Assembly (NCBI RefSeq): GCF_006345805.1
Contig: NC_043003.1
Location: forward strand, 3,472,001 to 3,536,000
From: Octopus sinensis
Lineage: Eukaryota
DNA: 64,000 nt
Direction: 5' to 3'
In this document: positions 41,271 to 55,487 of the stretch, one piece after another
How positions within the stretch are numbered: the stretch's first letter is position 1
How the letters are laid out: each line of letters begins with the position of its first letter
Made by a program: the position numbers and the translations under genes
The notes under the pieces: generated by a model
The model's input: the letters and a program-made list of their open reading frames with translations, nothing else
What the model was told of the DNA's origin: nothing
Databases searched by the model: none

Positions 41271-41996
41271 TATATATTTATACCTTTCCTTCTGGGGACA
41301 CACAACTCTACTTGTGAAGACCTGTTGAGGCAAGTGAGAATCGAAATCGATCAACATCAATGGAAATTGCAGCTGTGATACCAGTGCCGGTGGAATGTAA
41401 GAGAACCATCCAAATGTGAGTTCATGGCTCGCAGGATGGCCTGCTGTGCTAACCTTGGATCGTAGAGTGACCTGCTGTTCTTGAGGAGACCTATTGAGTC
41501 AAGTACATCAACATCAAAATAAAAATTCATATGGAAATTCTAGTTAAGACATCCGTGTCGGTGGCACATAAAAAGCACCATCCGATCGTGGCCGTTTGCC
41601 AGCCTCATCTGGCACCTGTGCCAGTGGCACGTAAAAACACCCACTATACTCACGGAGTGGTTGGTGTTAGGAGGGGCATCCAGCCATAGAAACATTGCCA
41701 GATCAGACTGGGCCTGGTGCAGACTTCTGGCTTCCCAGACCCCAGTTGAACCGTCCAACCCATGCTAGCATGGAAAGCGGACGCTAAACGATGATGATGA
41801 TGTTGATGATGTAAACATTCTATAATTATTAACATAATTATAATTAGGGGTCAGCTAATTGCTTCACCATGCACCGAATTTAGAAATGGGAGTTAAAATT
41901 CCTTTTCTGCTACTGTAAAGATTCCCAGACAATAACATACTTTTTTTACGTAGGCAAAAAGAGAAAAACAACGAATCATCCACATGACTCAGATTA

Positions 41997-42064
41997 GCTA
42001 CATACGTGTTTCGGGATTAAAGTAAAGTTACATTTACTTACTTATTCCACCTCATCAGTGTAGC
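41997..42064 (-). ncRNA. Intact minimal type I hammerhead ribozyme
   Basis: gctaca-CTGATGA-ggtggaataagtaag...ctttactttaatccc-GAAA-c-ac-g-TA-tgtagc: perfect 6-bp helix I, complete core, GUA cleavage triplet. Confidence 0.85.
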
Positions 42065-42509
42065 ATTTCAAATATAAATTTGAGAGTGTTTAGGATTAAA
42101 TATATAGGCGGTTGAGTGCCATCGCATAACTGATGTCCAACCAACCCTTCCAAAAGTATACAGCCGAATGTGAACATATATTTATCCTCAATATCCACGT
42201 GTGTGTTACAAGCAATCCCGCAGAAACTACAGTTTTCGATCAGGGAGTAAATTATAATTCCAATATTAATAATAAAAGGGTAAAATTAATTAATTAATTA
42301 ATCAATTAATTGATTAATAATTAATAATTCTACCAAGTAGATCGGTACGTTAAAATAAACTTTTTAGGTAAAATTACATAAATATTCTATAATTATAAAC
42401 ATAATTATAATGAGGGGTCAGCTAATTGCTTCACCATGCACCAAATTTAGAAATAGGAGTTAAAATACCTTTTCTGCTACCATAATATACATGTGTATAT
42501 ATGTGTGTA

Positions 42510-43016
<507 letters not shown>

Positions 43017-43231
43017 CATACACACTTACATCACAACCACAGTTTACACAAGTATATTATTAAAGGCTTCTCTGCTGCCTGTCAGTCTGTCTGCCTGTTC
43101 AAGTGCAATTAGTGATGTGAGGCATGAATAGAAGTGAGTCATGTGACAGTCACGTGACAGTGATACCACTGCAGCCATCACTATGTGTTGATATAATGCA
43201 GACAGCTGCACCAAGTTCATTGGAATGGGTG

Positions 43232-43392
43232 TTAATGTTTGGTAGCAATGAGAGTGTTACCATAGCTACAAGAGACCGAGGTCACAGTGAACGGATCATC
43301 TGGGAAAGTAATCTTCTGAGGGATTCCACTGTTTTCTGAATTCCTGCCGAGTCGACCTCGAGAACTGTTTCCCCATGAAAATACTTCTGAAT
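43232..43392 (-). CDS. NEK8: NEK8-like terminal coding exon
   Basis: 161 nt after a cag acceptor. Translates (D)SEVFSWGNSSRGRLGRNSENSGIPQKITFPDDPFTVTSVSCSYGNTLIATKH*, with TAA at 43234-43232 (NEK8: EVYSWGKGARGRLGR...YTVTSVSCCHGNTLLA). Confidence 0.92.
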
Positions 43393-45113
43393 CTGGAATA
43401 AGAATAAAAGTGAGATAATAATTACAGAACAGAAATTAAAAAAGAAAAGGAATATTTAACACGAGTGAGCGTTTAAAATACAGGCTCTCGTCCAGTTGAC
43501 AAAGATAATCCCTGGCCAGAGAAAATACTTATATTTATCACACTTTGATGCCAACATCGTGAGACTGGCTTGACATCAAGTTATTCATCCACCCAGGTTA
43601 TTTACACCAATATTACTAATCACATTTTTAATTAATTCGGTTAAGTTTCTTAAATGATAGCTGTATCATTGTCAGACACCTGAATCTTTCTCAACCAACT
43701 TCCTCTCTGTCAATCATCCACATCTTTGTGAATTGTCTACTTCTTTGTCAATCCCCAACATCTCTGTTAATCACCTACAACATTGTCAATCATCTCTATC
43801 TTTGACAGTCACTTATATTTCTGTAAGTCACTTGCATCATTGTCAATCCCCTGAATCTTTCTCACTCAACTTGCTCTCTGTCAATCACCAGCATCTTTCC
43901 AACACAATGTCTGTTACTTTAGACACTTCATAAAACACACAACGTCCTTATTACTGGGGAATGGTAACCTGCCTCCACCATGCAAGCCAGATACTAAAGT
44001 CAGAAGGAATGTCCAGAAATGTGGAAAATTCTTCACCAATTCAAGATTCTGCTGCAAAAGAAGCGTATGACAATTGGGAAACAGATTTCTTTCGTGGGTA
44101 GCCACACACTTCCAGTAAAAAAAAAGAGAAGATGTGTTGGGGAGGGTAACAACATATTAGAGTCGGAAGGACCGAAACCCACATTATTTTCCTCTTAATT
44201 ACACAACAGAAATTACTCCCCCCTCCTCATACCATCAAAGTCAACAAACAACCCTCATGCACCCCCCCCCTGATACATATTCACCCCTGCATTCCCCAAA
44301 ATATACAACAAATATGATTTAAATATCTACTTTGGTAAGAATCAATGATTACTTCAGATTCTCTGAATTAATTATTTGATAATTATCCAATAATTACTCA
44401 GTCTTCTTTCTTAATTCATGAGAAATAAACCAGTAAAAGGTGGATTTAAACGTTGACGTATTTATGTCTTGGCATTTTGATTGGAGGAAAGGTTTACTTT
44501 AATAAATAAAACTACTTCAGCCGCTCTTTGTCAAAATACAGTCGATACCTTTGTCATTGTTGTTTGTTCCTTCTCAAGCCATGCCTGGTTTCCCGGTTTC
44601 ATTTGCATATATAAGTTACCCAACTGGACAGGACGCCGGTCCGTCGCAGGTGAGCTGCTAGATGCAGGAGGAAAGAGTGACAGAAAGCTGTGGCAAAAGA
44701 GTCAGCAGAGGTTCACTATTATCTTGTACTGGAGCCAAGGTGGAACTTAGGTGTTTCACTCATAAACACAAACATCACCCGGTCTGGGATTTGAACTTGT
44801 GATCCCTCCACCACGAGTCCGCTGCTCTAACCACTAAGCCATGACACTTATTATGTGTCACATATTATTTCAATAAAACAGCCGCACCCTCTACACAATG
44901 CTGACCTCAACAAAACAATCCCCATTGTACCTCAATAAAGCTGCCTCTCACAATTCTTTCCTCAATGAAAACAGCCTTGCATCTACCTCAATAAAACCAG
45001 ATCCATTCAGTCAGGTCTTAATAACTTTTCCCCTCTTCAGACAAACACTGGCATTCTTATCAAGTCAAGCTACAGACAGACTTTGTTTGAAGCCACCTCT
45101 GAGCAGTACTTAC

Positions 45114-45275
45114 CTTCGGTGACTGCTATGGTGTAGGTATCGCCACATGCTACTGCAGTAGTTACAAACGACTCTAAGCTGTCGACACGGCGAGGTCGGC
45201 TGCGAGAGGAGAATTCTGTTTCATAACCCAACTGGCCAAACTGGTTTGAACCAAACGTGAAACATTCACCACTGA
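45114..45275 (-). CDS. NEK8: NEK8-like coding exon
   Basis: 162 nt, phase 1 to 1. Translates (V)SGECFTFGSNQFGQLGYETEFSSRSRPRRVDSLESFVTTAVACGDTYTIAVTE, with the RCC1 motif GSNxxGQLG. Confidence 0.93.
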
Positions 45276-45392
45276 CTGCAACAAACATCAATTGCTGGCA
45301 TTAACAATAACAAAAGGCAACACAAACAACAACAACAACAGCAACACAAACAACAGCAGCTGTTGCTGTGACTACTACTACTACTACTACTA

Positions 45393-45428
<36 letters not shown>

Positions 45429-47285
45429 AGTTTAGAGAATATAAAGATAGATTTTTGAGAAAAAGAAAGATTAAAAGAGAGCTTGCCAAATATAATGTAG
45501 GTCAAGAAAAGTCTTAAATAAAACTGGGAGAAGAAAAAAAGTGGGAAAACAGAAAATTAGGGAAAAAAAAAATTGTTATTGAGAAGAGAAAGTTGGCTGG
45601 TTTCATTCTAACTCTCTGCTTAAACCTTTCCCACTCCCTTCTCTCTCCACCTCCTCCTACTACTACTCTTGGAGCCTGGGTTGTACCAAGCCTGACACTA
45701 AATGCTAGAATGAGTTCTTCCTTTCCACAGCGTCAGCTTCTTCCAATTCTGTCCCTTGTCCTGGATTTTCCTGCAGACATCAACTTGCAGCTATTCATGA
45801 GAAACATTAACCATTCCAACGCCTCAAAGCTAAGAATGTCTGTCGATGTTATGGGCCTGTGAAGGCTATGAGCCTGCCATGACCACATCATTGAGTGATG
45901 TGTAACAAGAATTCCTCCACCATGGATGCCAAAGAAAGTTGGAGCTTTCTTGGCCTGACATCCAGACCTACTGAGGTGAAACTTGGAGGAATACCCATCG
46001 TCGGAAGCACTTCCTCTTCAATCTTTCCATTCATGTCATTGGAACCTCAGACACAGTCAACAGCCACACGAGTCTTGGGAGCAGCCTGTGTTGGAAATGC
46101 CATTCCTTGAAGTTTCCTGCAAGTCCTCATCTTTCAACCATTCCTCAATCTGCCTCTAAGTGTTGCTACTTTCATTCACTGAGTCATCAAATCACTTCAC
46201 AAGACATTTCATTGCATTTTCCTTTTTCCAAACGAAGAGAACGGCTCCTGCAGCTTCAGCATCATTTCTTTCCATTATTTACATTTGACGGATATGTGCT
46301 CAAGTGAAGCCAGCCCCTCTTTCATCTCCACATAGTTTGTAGTTCACCGTCAGATCATCTTGTTAAGGGCAAGGATACAACATTTTCAACTGAGTGGAAT
46401 GGAGTAACAAAAAAGGAGACTTTTTTTTGTTCAAGAACTTAATGGACTGCCCAGTTTGGGAATTGAAATCACAACTTTATGACAGTGAGTCCAACACCTT
46501 AACCACAAACCCATGTGCCTTCATGCCTTCTAAAATCTTACTGACTCCATTTATCTATTTTTTTGGAAGAGAAAGAGTAGTGTCCTTTTTTCAGGGCTGG
46601 TAGCAGAAAGAAAGTAAGTAACCCTGAGATAGAAGACCTGCTCCAAATGCTTGCACCTACATGAAATCAGCTAAAGGTACCCAAGGGTTGATTGAGGGCT
46701 TAAGTGGCTGATGGACTCAGGTGATCATCTAAAATAAGGGCAGTCACTCAAATAGGTTTATACCTTCTTCCATCTACTAAATTTCACCCACAAAGCTTTG
46801 GTCTATCCCAGAAGCTGACGGGGCTGGAACTCAGAACTATGGGATCAAATAGCCAAAATGTTGTGACTCAGCAAAGTATTTTGGTTATATTGGTCAGACA
46901 ACTGAGATAAAGATCAGACCTATTTATTAAAAATACTTTGTCGTATAAATTCCAAAATTCAAAGTAATTTGTGTTCACAAGAGAACAACATGAAAAACAA
47001 TAGCAAAGTGCTAAAAGTGTTGAAACAAGTTAATTTATCCTGTTAGAGAACCAGTGATCCGTACCAACTGTTTGAGAATCGGTGATCCGTATCAATTGAA
47101 TGTTCACAGATGTTACCTCGTTTATGCAAACAAAGATGAGTGAAAAATAATTAGTTCAACATTAAAGTCGAAAAATCATTAAAATATTTAGGACAAATTA
47201 TGGAGTTAACGAGAAGCACAAAATACGCATGATATGAGAGAGGGATACGTCGAATTGAGGTGTGATGCTTAATACAAGAACTTAC

Positions 47286-47425
47286 CTGTCACAACCGCAG
47301 TGTGGGATGTACCCAGGGCAACATTTTTTATTTCTTTCTCACCTAAAGGCAACCGACTGACGACAGTGAACTTAAAGATGACATCCACATTCTCTTCCTC
47401 TGTGTCTAATCCAAGTTTGTTATAT
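47286..47425 (-). CDS. NEK8: NEK8-like coding exon
   Basis: 140 nt, phase 2 to 1. Translates (R)YNKLGLDTEEENVDVIFKFTVVSRLPLGEKEIKNVALGTSHTAVVT. Confidence 0.92.
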
Positions 47426-47832
47426 CTAAAAGGAAAGACATTAGCAGACACACTCACCACATCAAGTAAGCAGCTCTGATACATACAAAACATCATTAAG
47501 TTATGATGCTGAAAAAGCTAATTGAATTAATTACTGTAATTAAAAATTTATGACAAAGATTATTTTTATTTATCATTTATTATCCATTTCAGTCATTAGA
47601 CTGTTGCCATGCTGGAGTACACGCTGAAGAAATTGATGAAGCTCTAGTTTTATTTCTAACACCTTACCATCTTGATAGAGGACTTGTGAGGCGAAGGCAG
47701 AAACCATTGGCTTTCATGGAGGATGGTACGGGGGTTACTGTAAACAAACAACCTCGCTTGTATGACAGTGATACTCATTTACAACCATCATGTGGTGTCT
47801 AGACAAAAGTACACACAAAGGTACATACACAC

Positions 47833-47870
<38 letters not shown>

Positions 47871-49048
47871 GGCTTCTTTCAGTTTCTGTCTATCACATTC
47901 ATTCACAAGGTTTTGGTTGGCTTGAGACTATAAAAGAAGATGCTTGCCCAACGTACCATGAAGTGGGACTGAACCCAAGATCACATTGTTGGCAAGCAGG
48001 CTTCTTAACCACACAGCCATGCCTGTTTGAGAAGGAATGACTGGGTATAATGGTTAGTAATGGTTGTAGGACCAAGAGCAAAAGAATGGGAGAGAGAGCA
48101 ACAGATGTGTTGTATGGAATTGGAAGGATATAGAGCAGAGGCTGTGGTAGTAGTGGTAGAAAAGGTAGAGAGATGGCACAGTGTGCCACTGTGTGACAGT
48201 GTTGGGGCGTGAAGTATTGGCACTCAGAAGAATGGGGCTTAAGAGGAAGGAGTGTTAGTGTAGAGTAACAACATCATCCCAGATACATGGAAGCCCTGTG
48301 TTGCAGTTTATTTTCCCGGCTAAGATTCGAAACCGAATCTAAGAATTCTTGCTCACTGGGTCCACCTGCCATTTGTTAACCAAACAGGAAAATTTCTTCG
48401 TCGTATCAGAGTGATTGATGAGTTTCCATTCGACCTCTGACCTGGCTGTGTCACGGAAAGTTCAACTGGACAGCAAGTGACCTAAGCCACTCTTATAATG
48501 GTATATCCCTTCTATCTAGAATGGGCCAGTCTAAATAAGAGTTCCACAGGCACAGAGCCAACAGTCAGCATTGTGATAGAAACGGTCAGCACTGTGAGCG
48601 GAGTGACACTCAAGAAGAATTTGCAGACCAAAGAACAGACAAGAGAGAGAAACGATGCAACAGAGGCGAATGCCAAACGCACAGACAGACACACAAAATA
48701 TGTCTTTGTACTTTCTCGTCCCATCAACGTTCTCTTTCCTCCATTTTTACTTTGTCGACTCAAAGTAGTTGGTTACTTTATGTAGTGGCTTATTTCTTTG
48801 CAAGTATTCGACTGTGACCGAATAAATAAGGTAAACTACATTCCTAATCTTCCTTCGTTGTTTCCCATCGATGCCGATCCAACATGCCTAGCGTCATCGC
48901 CTACACCTGACAACTCACACCCATTCCTCAACTTAACATTCCGCTGCAGATGTGAAGAGGCCACTGTGAGAATTCATCAGAAATTGTTAGATCTAACCCT
49001 AGCAGTGTGTTCGGAGGCACAGTTCACATACATCTTCTTGTCAAATGC

Positions 49049-49272
49049 TTAACCCTTTTGTTACTGTATTTATTTTGAGATGTTCTGTGTTTCTTTCAAT
49101 TAATTTTAAATATAACAAAGCATTTAGTAAAATAATTTATTATTAAGTTAGTGTTAGGAACATAAATTGTGACTAAAATTTGGTGGAAGATTTTAATTCA
49201 AGACTTATGAAAACAAGACGTTTGTACTAAGAGCCAGAGCTGGTTTCAGCCAGGTTGGTATCGAAAGATTTG
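49049..49272. mobile_element. Possible piggyBac-type MITE
   Basis: Starts ttaa-cccttttgttac; the far end ggtatcgaaagattt is a degenerate inverted match. Confidence 0.35.
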
Positions 49273-49339
49273 AACACCTTAGATTATCAATGAAATACTG
49301 GTCTTCACTACCCATGATATTTATAATGGACCAACTGAC

Positions 49340-49490
49340 CTGTTATTGCCACAACTTAGAAGTTTCTTGTCCACAGTTAATATAATAGAACTATCCACAC
49401 CACAGTGGACAGAAAATGGCTGCATATTTTCAGGAATTGGCACAGCTGATGGAGAAAGACAGCTCTCCTGGGTAGTTAAACCAAGACGAC
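49340..49490 (-). CDS. NEK8: NEK8-like coding exon
   Basis: 151 nt, phase 1 to 2. Translates (G)RLGLTTQESCLSPSAVPIPENMQPFSVHCGVDSSIILTVDKKLLSCGNN(R). Confidence 0.92.
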
Positions 49491-50624
49491 CTGAGAAAGG
49501 CAAAACAAAGAATGAAATGAAGAAATGGTAAAAAGGCAAAAAAGTCAAAAGACAGAATGATGGTCAATGAGTGAATAATTAGTACATCAGTTGATCACTT
49601 GTAAAAAATACTAAACGCATATATGTAGCATCTATGTCATCATCATCATCATCATCATCGTTTAACGTCCGTTCTCCATGCTAGCATGGGTTGGACGGTT
49701 CGACCGGGGATCTGGGAAGCCAGAAGGCTGCACCAGGCTCCAGTCTGATCTGGCGGTGTTTCTACAGCTGGATGCCCTTCCTAACGCCAACCACTCCGTG
49801 AGTGTAGCGGGTGCTTTTTACATGCCACCTGCACAGGTGCCAGGCGAGGCTGGCAACGGCCACGGTCGGATTGGTGCATTTTACGTGCCACCGGCACGGA
49901 AGTCAGTCGAGGCGATGCTGGCATCAGCCACGATTCGGATAGTGCTTTTTACGTACCACCAGTCCAGGGGTCCTGGCAACTGCCGGATGCCAGTCATAGG
50001 ATTGGTTCAATTTCGATTTCACTTGCCCCAACAGGTCTTCGCAAGCCAAACACACACATCATCAACGATGATGATGAAGATGGTGACATGTGTGTGTGTG
50101 TTTACAATATATAGAGAGACATATGTAGACATATATCATCCTCATCATCATTTTAACGTCCACTTTTACCTGTTTGCATGGGTTGGACTGAGTTTATTGA
50201 GGTAGATTGTCTACGGCCAAATGCCTTTCCTGTCCCCAACCCTTACCTGTTTCTAAATAAGGTAATATTCCCCCATGGCCAGGCATGTTCTCGCAGAATA
50301 TTGGTATTGAACGATTCTCCATGTATGGCAGAAACAATCATACAATGTCAAGACAAGGACACACACACACACACAACAAGCTTCTTTCAGTTTCCATCAA
50401 CAAAAAAAATCCACTCACAAAGTTTTGGTTGGTCCAGGGCTGTAGTAGAAGGTACTTGCCCTTGCATCATCATCATCATCATCATCACTGTTGTTTAATG
50501 TCCATTTTTCATGCTGGCATGGGTTGGACGGTTTGACTGAGGACTGGTGAAGCAGAAGACTGTACCAGGCTCCAATCTGTTCTGGCAAAGATTCTACACC
50601 TGGATGCCTTTCTTAACACCATAT

Positions 50625-50730
<106 letters not shown>

Positions 50731-51113
50731 TATGCCAGTACTGCCTGACTGGCACGTAAAAGCACCCACTACACTCTCGGAGTGGTTGGCATTAGGAAGG
50801 GCATCCAGCTGTAGAAACTTTACCAAATCAGATTGGAGCCTGGTGCAGCCAAATTGTCCAACCCATGCTAGCATGGAAAGCAGACGTTAAACAACGACAA
50901 CGATGATGATGATGATGATATATATATATATGTGGTTTGATGCTTGGGAAAGTTATAAAGTCTTTTTACATTTCGAGTCTCTGCTCTTCAACAGAAAGGA
51001 ATAAGAGAAAATAAACAGAGAGAGAATAAAAAGATTGTGGATTTAGCAATCAATCATATACACACATACGCATAGGGGTACATATGCACACACATGTGTG
51101 TGTGTATGGGGAA

Positions 51114-51167
<54 letters not shown>

Positions 51168-51185
51168 TCTGTTAATGTCACTTAC

Positions 51186-51303
51186 CGTTATCTCCACGTC
51201 CCCAAGCAAATACTTCATGTTCATTGGTCACTGCTAAAACATGTGATGCACCACATGACACCTGCATCACTTCATAACCCAGAAGAGCTTCCACTATCTT
51301 TGC
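51186..51303 (-). CDS. NEK8: NEK8-like coding exon
   Basis: 118 nt, cag/gtaag flanks, phase 0 to 1. Translates AKIVEALLGYEVMQVSCGASHVLAVTNEHEVFAWGRGDN(G), an RCC1 repeat. Confidence 0.93.
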
Positions 51304-52731
51304 CTGGGGCACAGAGAAAGAAAGGGTAAACAAGATATTAGAGATGCTACAGCGGTAGCGGAGCAGATGATGATGAGAATGGTGACAGCATTGACCACCA
51401 CCACTGTTGAGGACACCACTACCACGACCACCATCATCACCCACCCTCCACCTCCTCCTCCTCCTCATCATCATCATTTTAGTATATATTTCTTTATTGC
51501 CCACAAGGGGCTAAACACAGAGGGGACAAACAAGGACAGACAAAGGGACTGAGTCAATTATATCGACCCCAGTGCGTAACTGGTACTTTCTTTATCGACC
51601 CCGGAAGGATGAAAGGCAAAGTCGACCTCAGCGGAATTTGAACTCAGAACATAGCGACAGACGAAATACTGCAGAGCATTTCGCCCGGCGTGCTAACGAT
51701 TCTGCCAGCTTGCCGCTATCATCATTTTAGTATAGAGAAGCTATTACTGTGTAGTCGTTATCATGACACGTGTAACGATGGTAAGGAGTCCCAGGTAATT
51801 AAAAAAAACAGAAGGTCTGTGGAGATTGGAGAAAGATAATTCTGCAACGGCCCCAGGAGGAGGAAAAATGTCAGTGCGAAACGTTCAAGGTTTGTAATTT
51901 CTGGGGACATATTCCCAGGCCCTAGAATAATTCAGCAATGACCCCCCCACCCCTAATAATATTCCAATTTACCAAATTTTTCTTTAGAGTAGATCTGAGG
52001 TCACTTTACACTGTAAAGATTTTCTAACATGCACTCGGTCACCTCCCTCCGCCTTCCACCCCTCCTCCCATTTTGTTTCTTTGATACTGTCCCTCTCACC
52101 TACCCCCCATCTCCCAATCTCTACAGCCCCTTCTCTTCCTTTTATAGCCCCCCCCCCCTGCATCTCTCTTTGTTTGCTTTTTTTGTGCTCCTTCTCATTT
52201 GTTATTCAAATTCTCCCCCCTCAACCCTTGTTTCTACTCTTTCTCTCCCTCATCCTCCGTTTCCCTTTATTCTTCTTTCTTCCCTTCTCTCACGTCCTCT
52301 AATCACCTTACCCTCCCTTTAAACACATTCACCACCACCACCACCACCACCACCACCACCACCACCACCCTTTCCCCCATCAACTTTTTTGTTCCTTCTC
52401 CATTGATTCCTACAGACTGATGGCAGCACAACTGGTCTGTCTGGTGATCCACCGATTATATTGGTGAGAAACAACTTGGATACGGTTCGTCTTCATCGGT
52501 CAATAGCAACATTAATTTGTACGAAAGGTGGAACATAACATATATGTGGCAGGGCATGAAAGTCACCACATTCTGACAGATACAGAAGAGGTGGGTTGGT
52601 GTGGAGTGGGGTGGGGTGGGGCACTGGACAGATAATACGTCAGAAGAACGATGAAGACAACCACAGAGGTCAGTGGTAGGTGTAATGGTGGTGGTGGTGG
52701 GGGTAGAAATCACAGACAAAAACTTGTAGTA

Positions 52732-53200
52732 CATCATCATCATCATCATCGTTTAGCGTCCGCTTTCCATGCTAGCATGGGTTGGACGGTTCAACTGGGG
52801 TCTGTGAAGCCAAGAGGCTGCACCCGGCTCCAATCTTGATCTGGCAATGTTTCTACGGCTGGATGCCCTTCCTAACGCCAACCACTCCGTGAGTGTAGTG
52901 GGTGCTTTTTACGTGCCACCCGCACAGGTGCCAGACGGAGCTGGCAAACGGCCACGGACGGATGGTGTTTTTTTGTGCCACCGACACAGGTGCCAGACGA
53001 GGCTGGCGAACGGCCACGAACGGATGGTGCTTTTTACGTGCCACCCGCACAGGTGCCAGATGAGGCTGGCGAACGGCCACGAACGGATGGTGCTTTTTAC
53101 GTGCCACCCGCACAGGTGCCAGACGAGGCTGGCGAACGGCCACGAACGGATGGTGCTTTTTACGTGCCACCTGCACAGGTGCCAGACGGAGCTGGCAAAC
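52732..53200 (-). mobile_element. RTE 3' element containing about 5 tandem 63-bp modules
   Basis: Period 63 (for example ggtgc at 53026, 53089 and 53152); (CAT)n tail at 52732. Confidence 0.85.
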
Positions 53201-53512
53201 AGACTTCGTTAAATTCAGGGCGGAAAGGGAAACTAAATCAGTCGTTAAAATTACGATACTGATGACACTAGGTTGGTCTTCGTTAGCATCATCATTGTCA
53301 GAGTCCTCTTCTCCTCCTCACCGCCACCAGCACCACCACTACCACTACCACCAGCATTATTATTATTCAGCATCTGCTTTTCCATACTGGTATGTGTTGG
53401 CTGGTTTAGCAGGGGCCGGTAGGGCAGGAGCCACACTAGGTTCCTTTGTCTGATTTGGAGTGGTTTCTACCGCTGGAGGCCCTCCCCCCTCTATAACATT
53501 ATACTCAGTATT

Positions 53513-53812
53513 AAAGAGCTGTTCTTCACTCCTGCTCCAGAGCGTCGGCTGCGGGGTCATTCCGAAAAGCTCTATCTGTGACGATTCCATCTCAATCGAA
53601 GGAGAGGGGCTTTCTCTGTCCGGGTTGCGGATCCATGGAACAAGCTGCCAGACGAGATGGTGAAGATGCCGACGACCGCTTTGTTCAAAGTCTCCCTTGA
53701 CCTCAAGTGGCCTGAACTCTTTACATGAACACCACCCTGTACATAACTCCATGTCCCCCTACATGGCCTTGCTTTTTGCTTTTTGAGCCAAAAAATTTAC
53801 TAACTAACTAAC
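53513..53812 (+). mobile_element. CR1 LINE 3' end, second copy
   Basis: Highly similar to 11362-11653; (TAAC)n tail. Confidence 0.88.
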
Positions 53813-54589
53813 AAATATATAATACACTAGGCACTAATATATATTATAGTACTTTACAACACTAGTTACTAATGTGTACCAGAACACTAATGTTTAATAT
53901 TATAACAAGCTGACAGAATCGGTAGAGCACCAGAACAAATGCTTCGTGGTATTTCTTCTGACCTTATGCTCTGAGTTCAAAAGCTGCAGGGGTCGACCTT
54001 GTAAGTATCAATAAAGCACTGGGGTTGATGTAATCGACTTGTCCTGCCTCCCCCTTGAATTTACTGGTCTTCTGCCAAAATTCGAGACCAATACGGAATA
54101 TAGTACACATCAATGCTTTTAATAGCGATTACAGCAGTGCACACATTACTTATCTGCAGTCAGTCGTTGCAACCAGGACTGTTCATGGCTTTGGCATGAC
54201 TCGATCAGCTTTCTCCATAATGGTCAATTTTTAGCTCAGGTTTGCCATTTATTATGGATCAATTTCTTTCCACTTCAAGTTCCCTTTTTGCCGTGTCTTT
54301 GAATCTCAGTCTAGGTCTTCCATGGTTTCTTTACCCTCTTTGCATTGTTGGGAGTAAGGAACTCTCTTTTACTCTTTTACTTGTTTCAGTCATTTGACTG
54401 TGGCCATGCTGGAGCATGCCTTTAGTCGAGCAACTCGACCCCGGGACTTATTCTTTTGTAAGCCCAGTACTTATTCTATCGGTCTCTTTTGCTGAGCCGC
54501 TAAGTAACGGGGACATAAACACACCAGCATCGGTTGTCAAGCAATGCTAGGGGGACAAACACAGACACGCATATATATATATATAATGA

Positions 54590-55487
54590 ACTTTAGGCCT
54601 CACTGAGGAAATGACCAGAGACCGAGACCTTTGGAAATATTCTGTACGTGAGAAGACCAGGCAGGACAAGTGAGCCCAGCCCACTTATGAATGCCTTTCC
54701 TCCCTTGGACACAAAGACCGGTTGAGGCAAGCGAAGTCGATATAGAACCTCATCCGACGACAGACACCCATGCCAACCCCCCATGCTTGCGAAGACATGT
54801 TGGGGCAAGCGAAATCGAAATCGAAACCGAATTGAACCAGCCAGGATCCCTGGCCTGGTGGTACGTAAAAAGCACTATCCGACTCGTGGCCGTGGCACGT
54901 AAAATACTCCAATGCGACCGTACGACAGGCACCCATGCCAACCCCCTTTGCTTGTGAAGACATGTTGGGGCAAGCGAAATCGAAATCGAATTGAACCAGC
55001 CAGGATCCCTGGTCTGGTGGTACGTAAAAAGCACTATCCGACTCGTGGCCGTGGCACGTAAAATACTCCAATGCGACCGTACGACAGGCACCCATGCCAA
55101 CCCCCTTTGCTTGTGAAGACATGTTGGGGCAAGCGAAATCGAAATCGAATTGAACCAGCCAGGATCCCTGGTCTGGTGGTACGTAAAAAGCACTATCCGA
55201 CTCGTGGCCGATGCCAGCACCGCCTCGAGTGGCTTCCGTGCCGGTGGCACATAAAATACACCAATCTGACCGTGGCCGTTGCCAGCCCCGCCTGGCACCT
55301 GTGCAGGTGGCACGTAAAAAGCACCCACTACACTCACGGAGTGGTTGGCGTTAGGAAGGGCATCCAGCTGTAGAAACATTGCCAGATTAGACTGGAGCCT
55401 GGTGCAGCCTTCTGGCTTCCCAGAACCCCGGTCGAACCGTCCAACCCATGCTAGCATGGAGAACGGACGTTAAACGACGATGATGAT
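54590..55487 (+). mobile_element. RTE LINE 3' end with three tandem 159-165 bp units, inserted in the central (TA)n of a minus-strand family A SINE
   Basis: Units begin at about 54767, 54932 and 55091. The SINE halves lie at 54362-54585 and 55488-55663. Confidence 0.85.

Noticed and set aside
43149-43158. GTCACGTGAC CLEAR/E-box palindrome
   Set aside because: A single short motif in the presumed NEK8 3' UTR; there is no other evidence of function.
48290-49048. CpG-richer segment in a NEK8 intron with 80-95 aa ORFs
   Set aside because: No recognisable protein or RNA motif; probably an unclassified repeat, and it cannot be supported further from the sequence.
52901-53200. Regularly spaced repeats resembling a CRISPR array
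   Set aside because: The spacers are near-identical, the context is eukaryotic and there are no cas genes; these are tandem LINE 3' modules.
54685-55457. Recurring ORFs starting MLAWVGRF (up to 235 aa) throughout the window
   Set aside because: They are antisense translations of the high-copy RTE 3' element, not a gene family.
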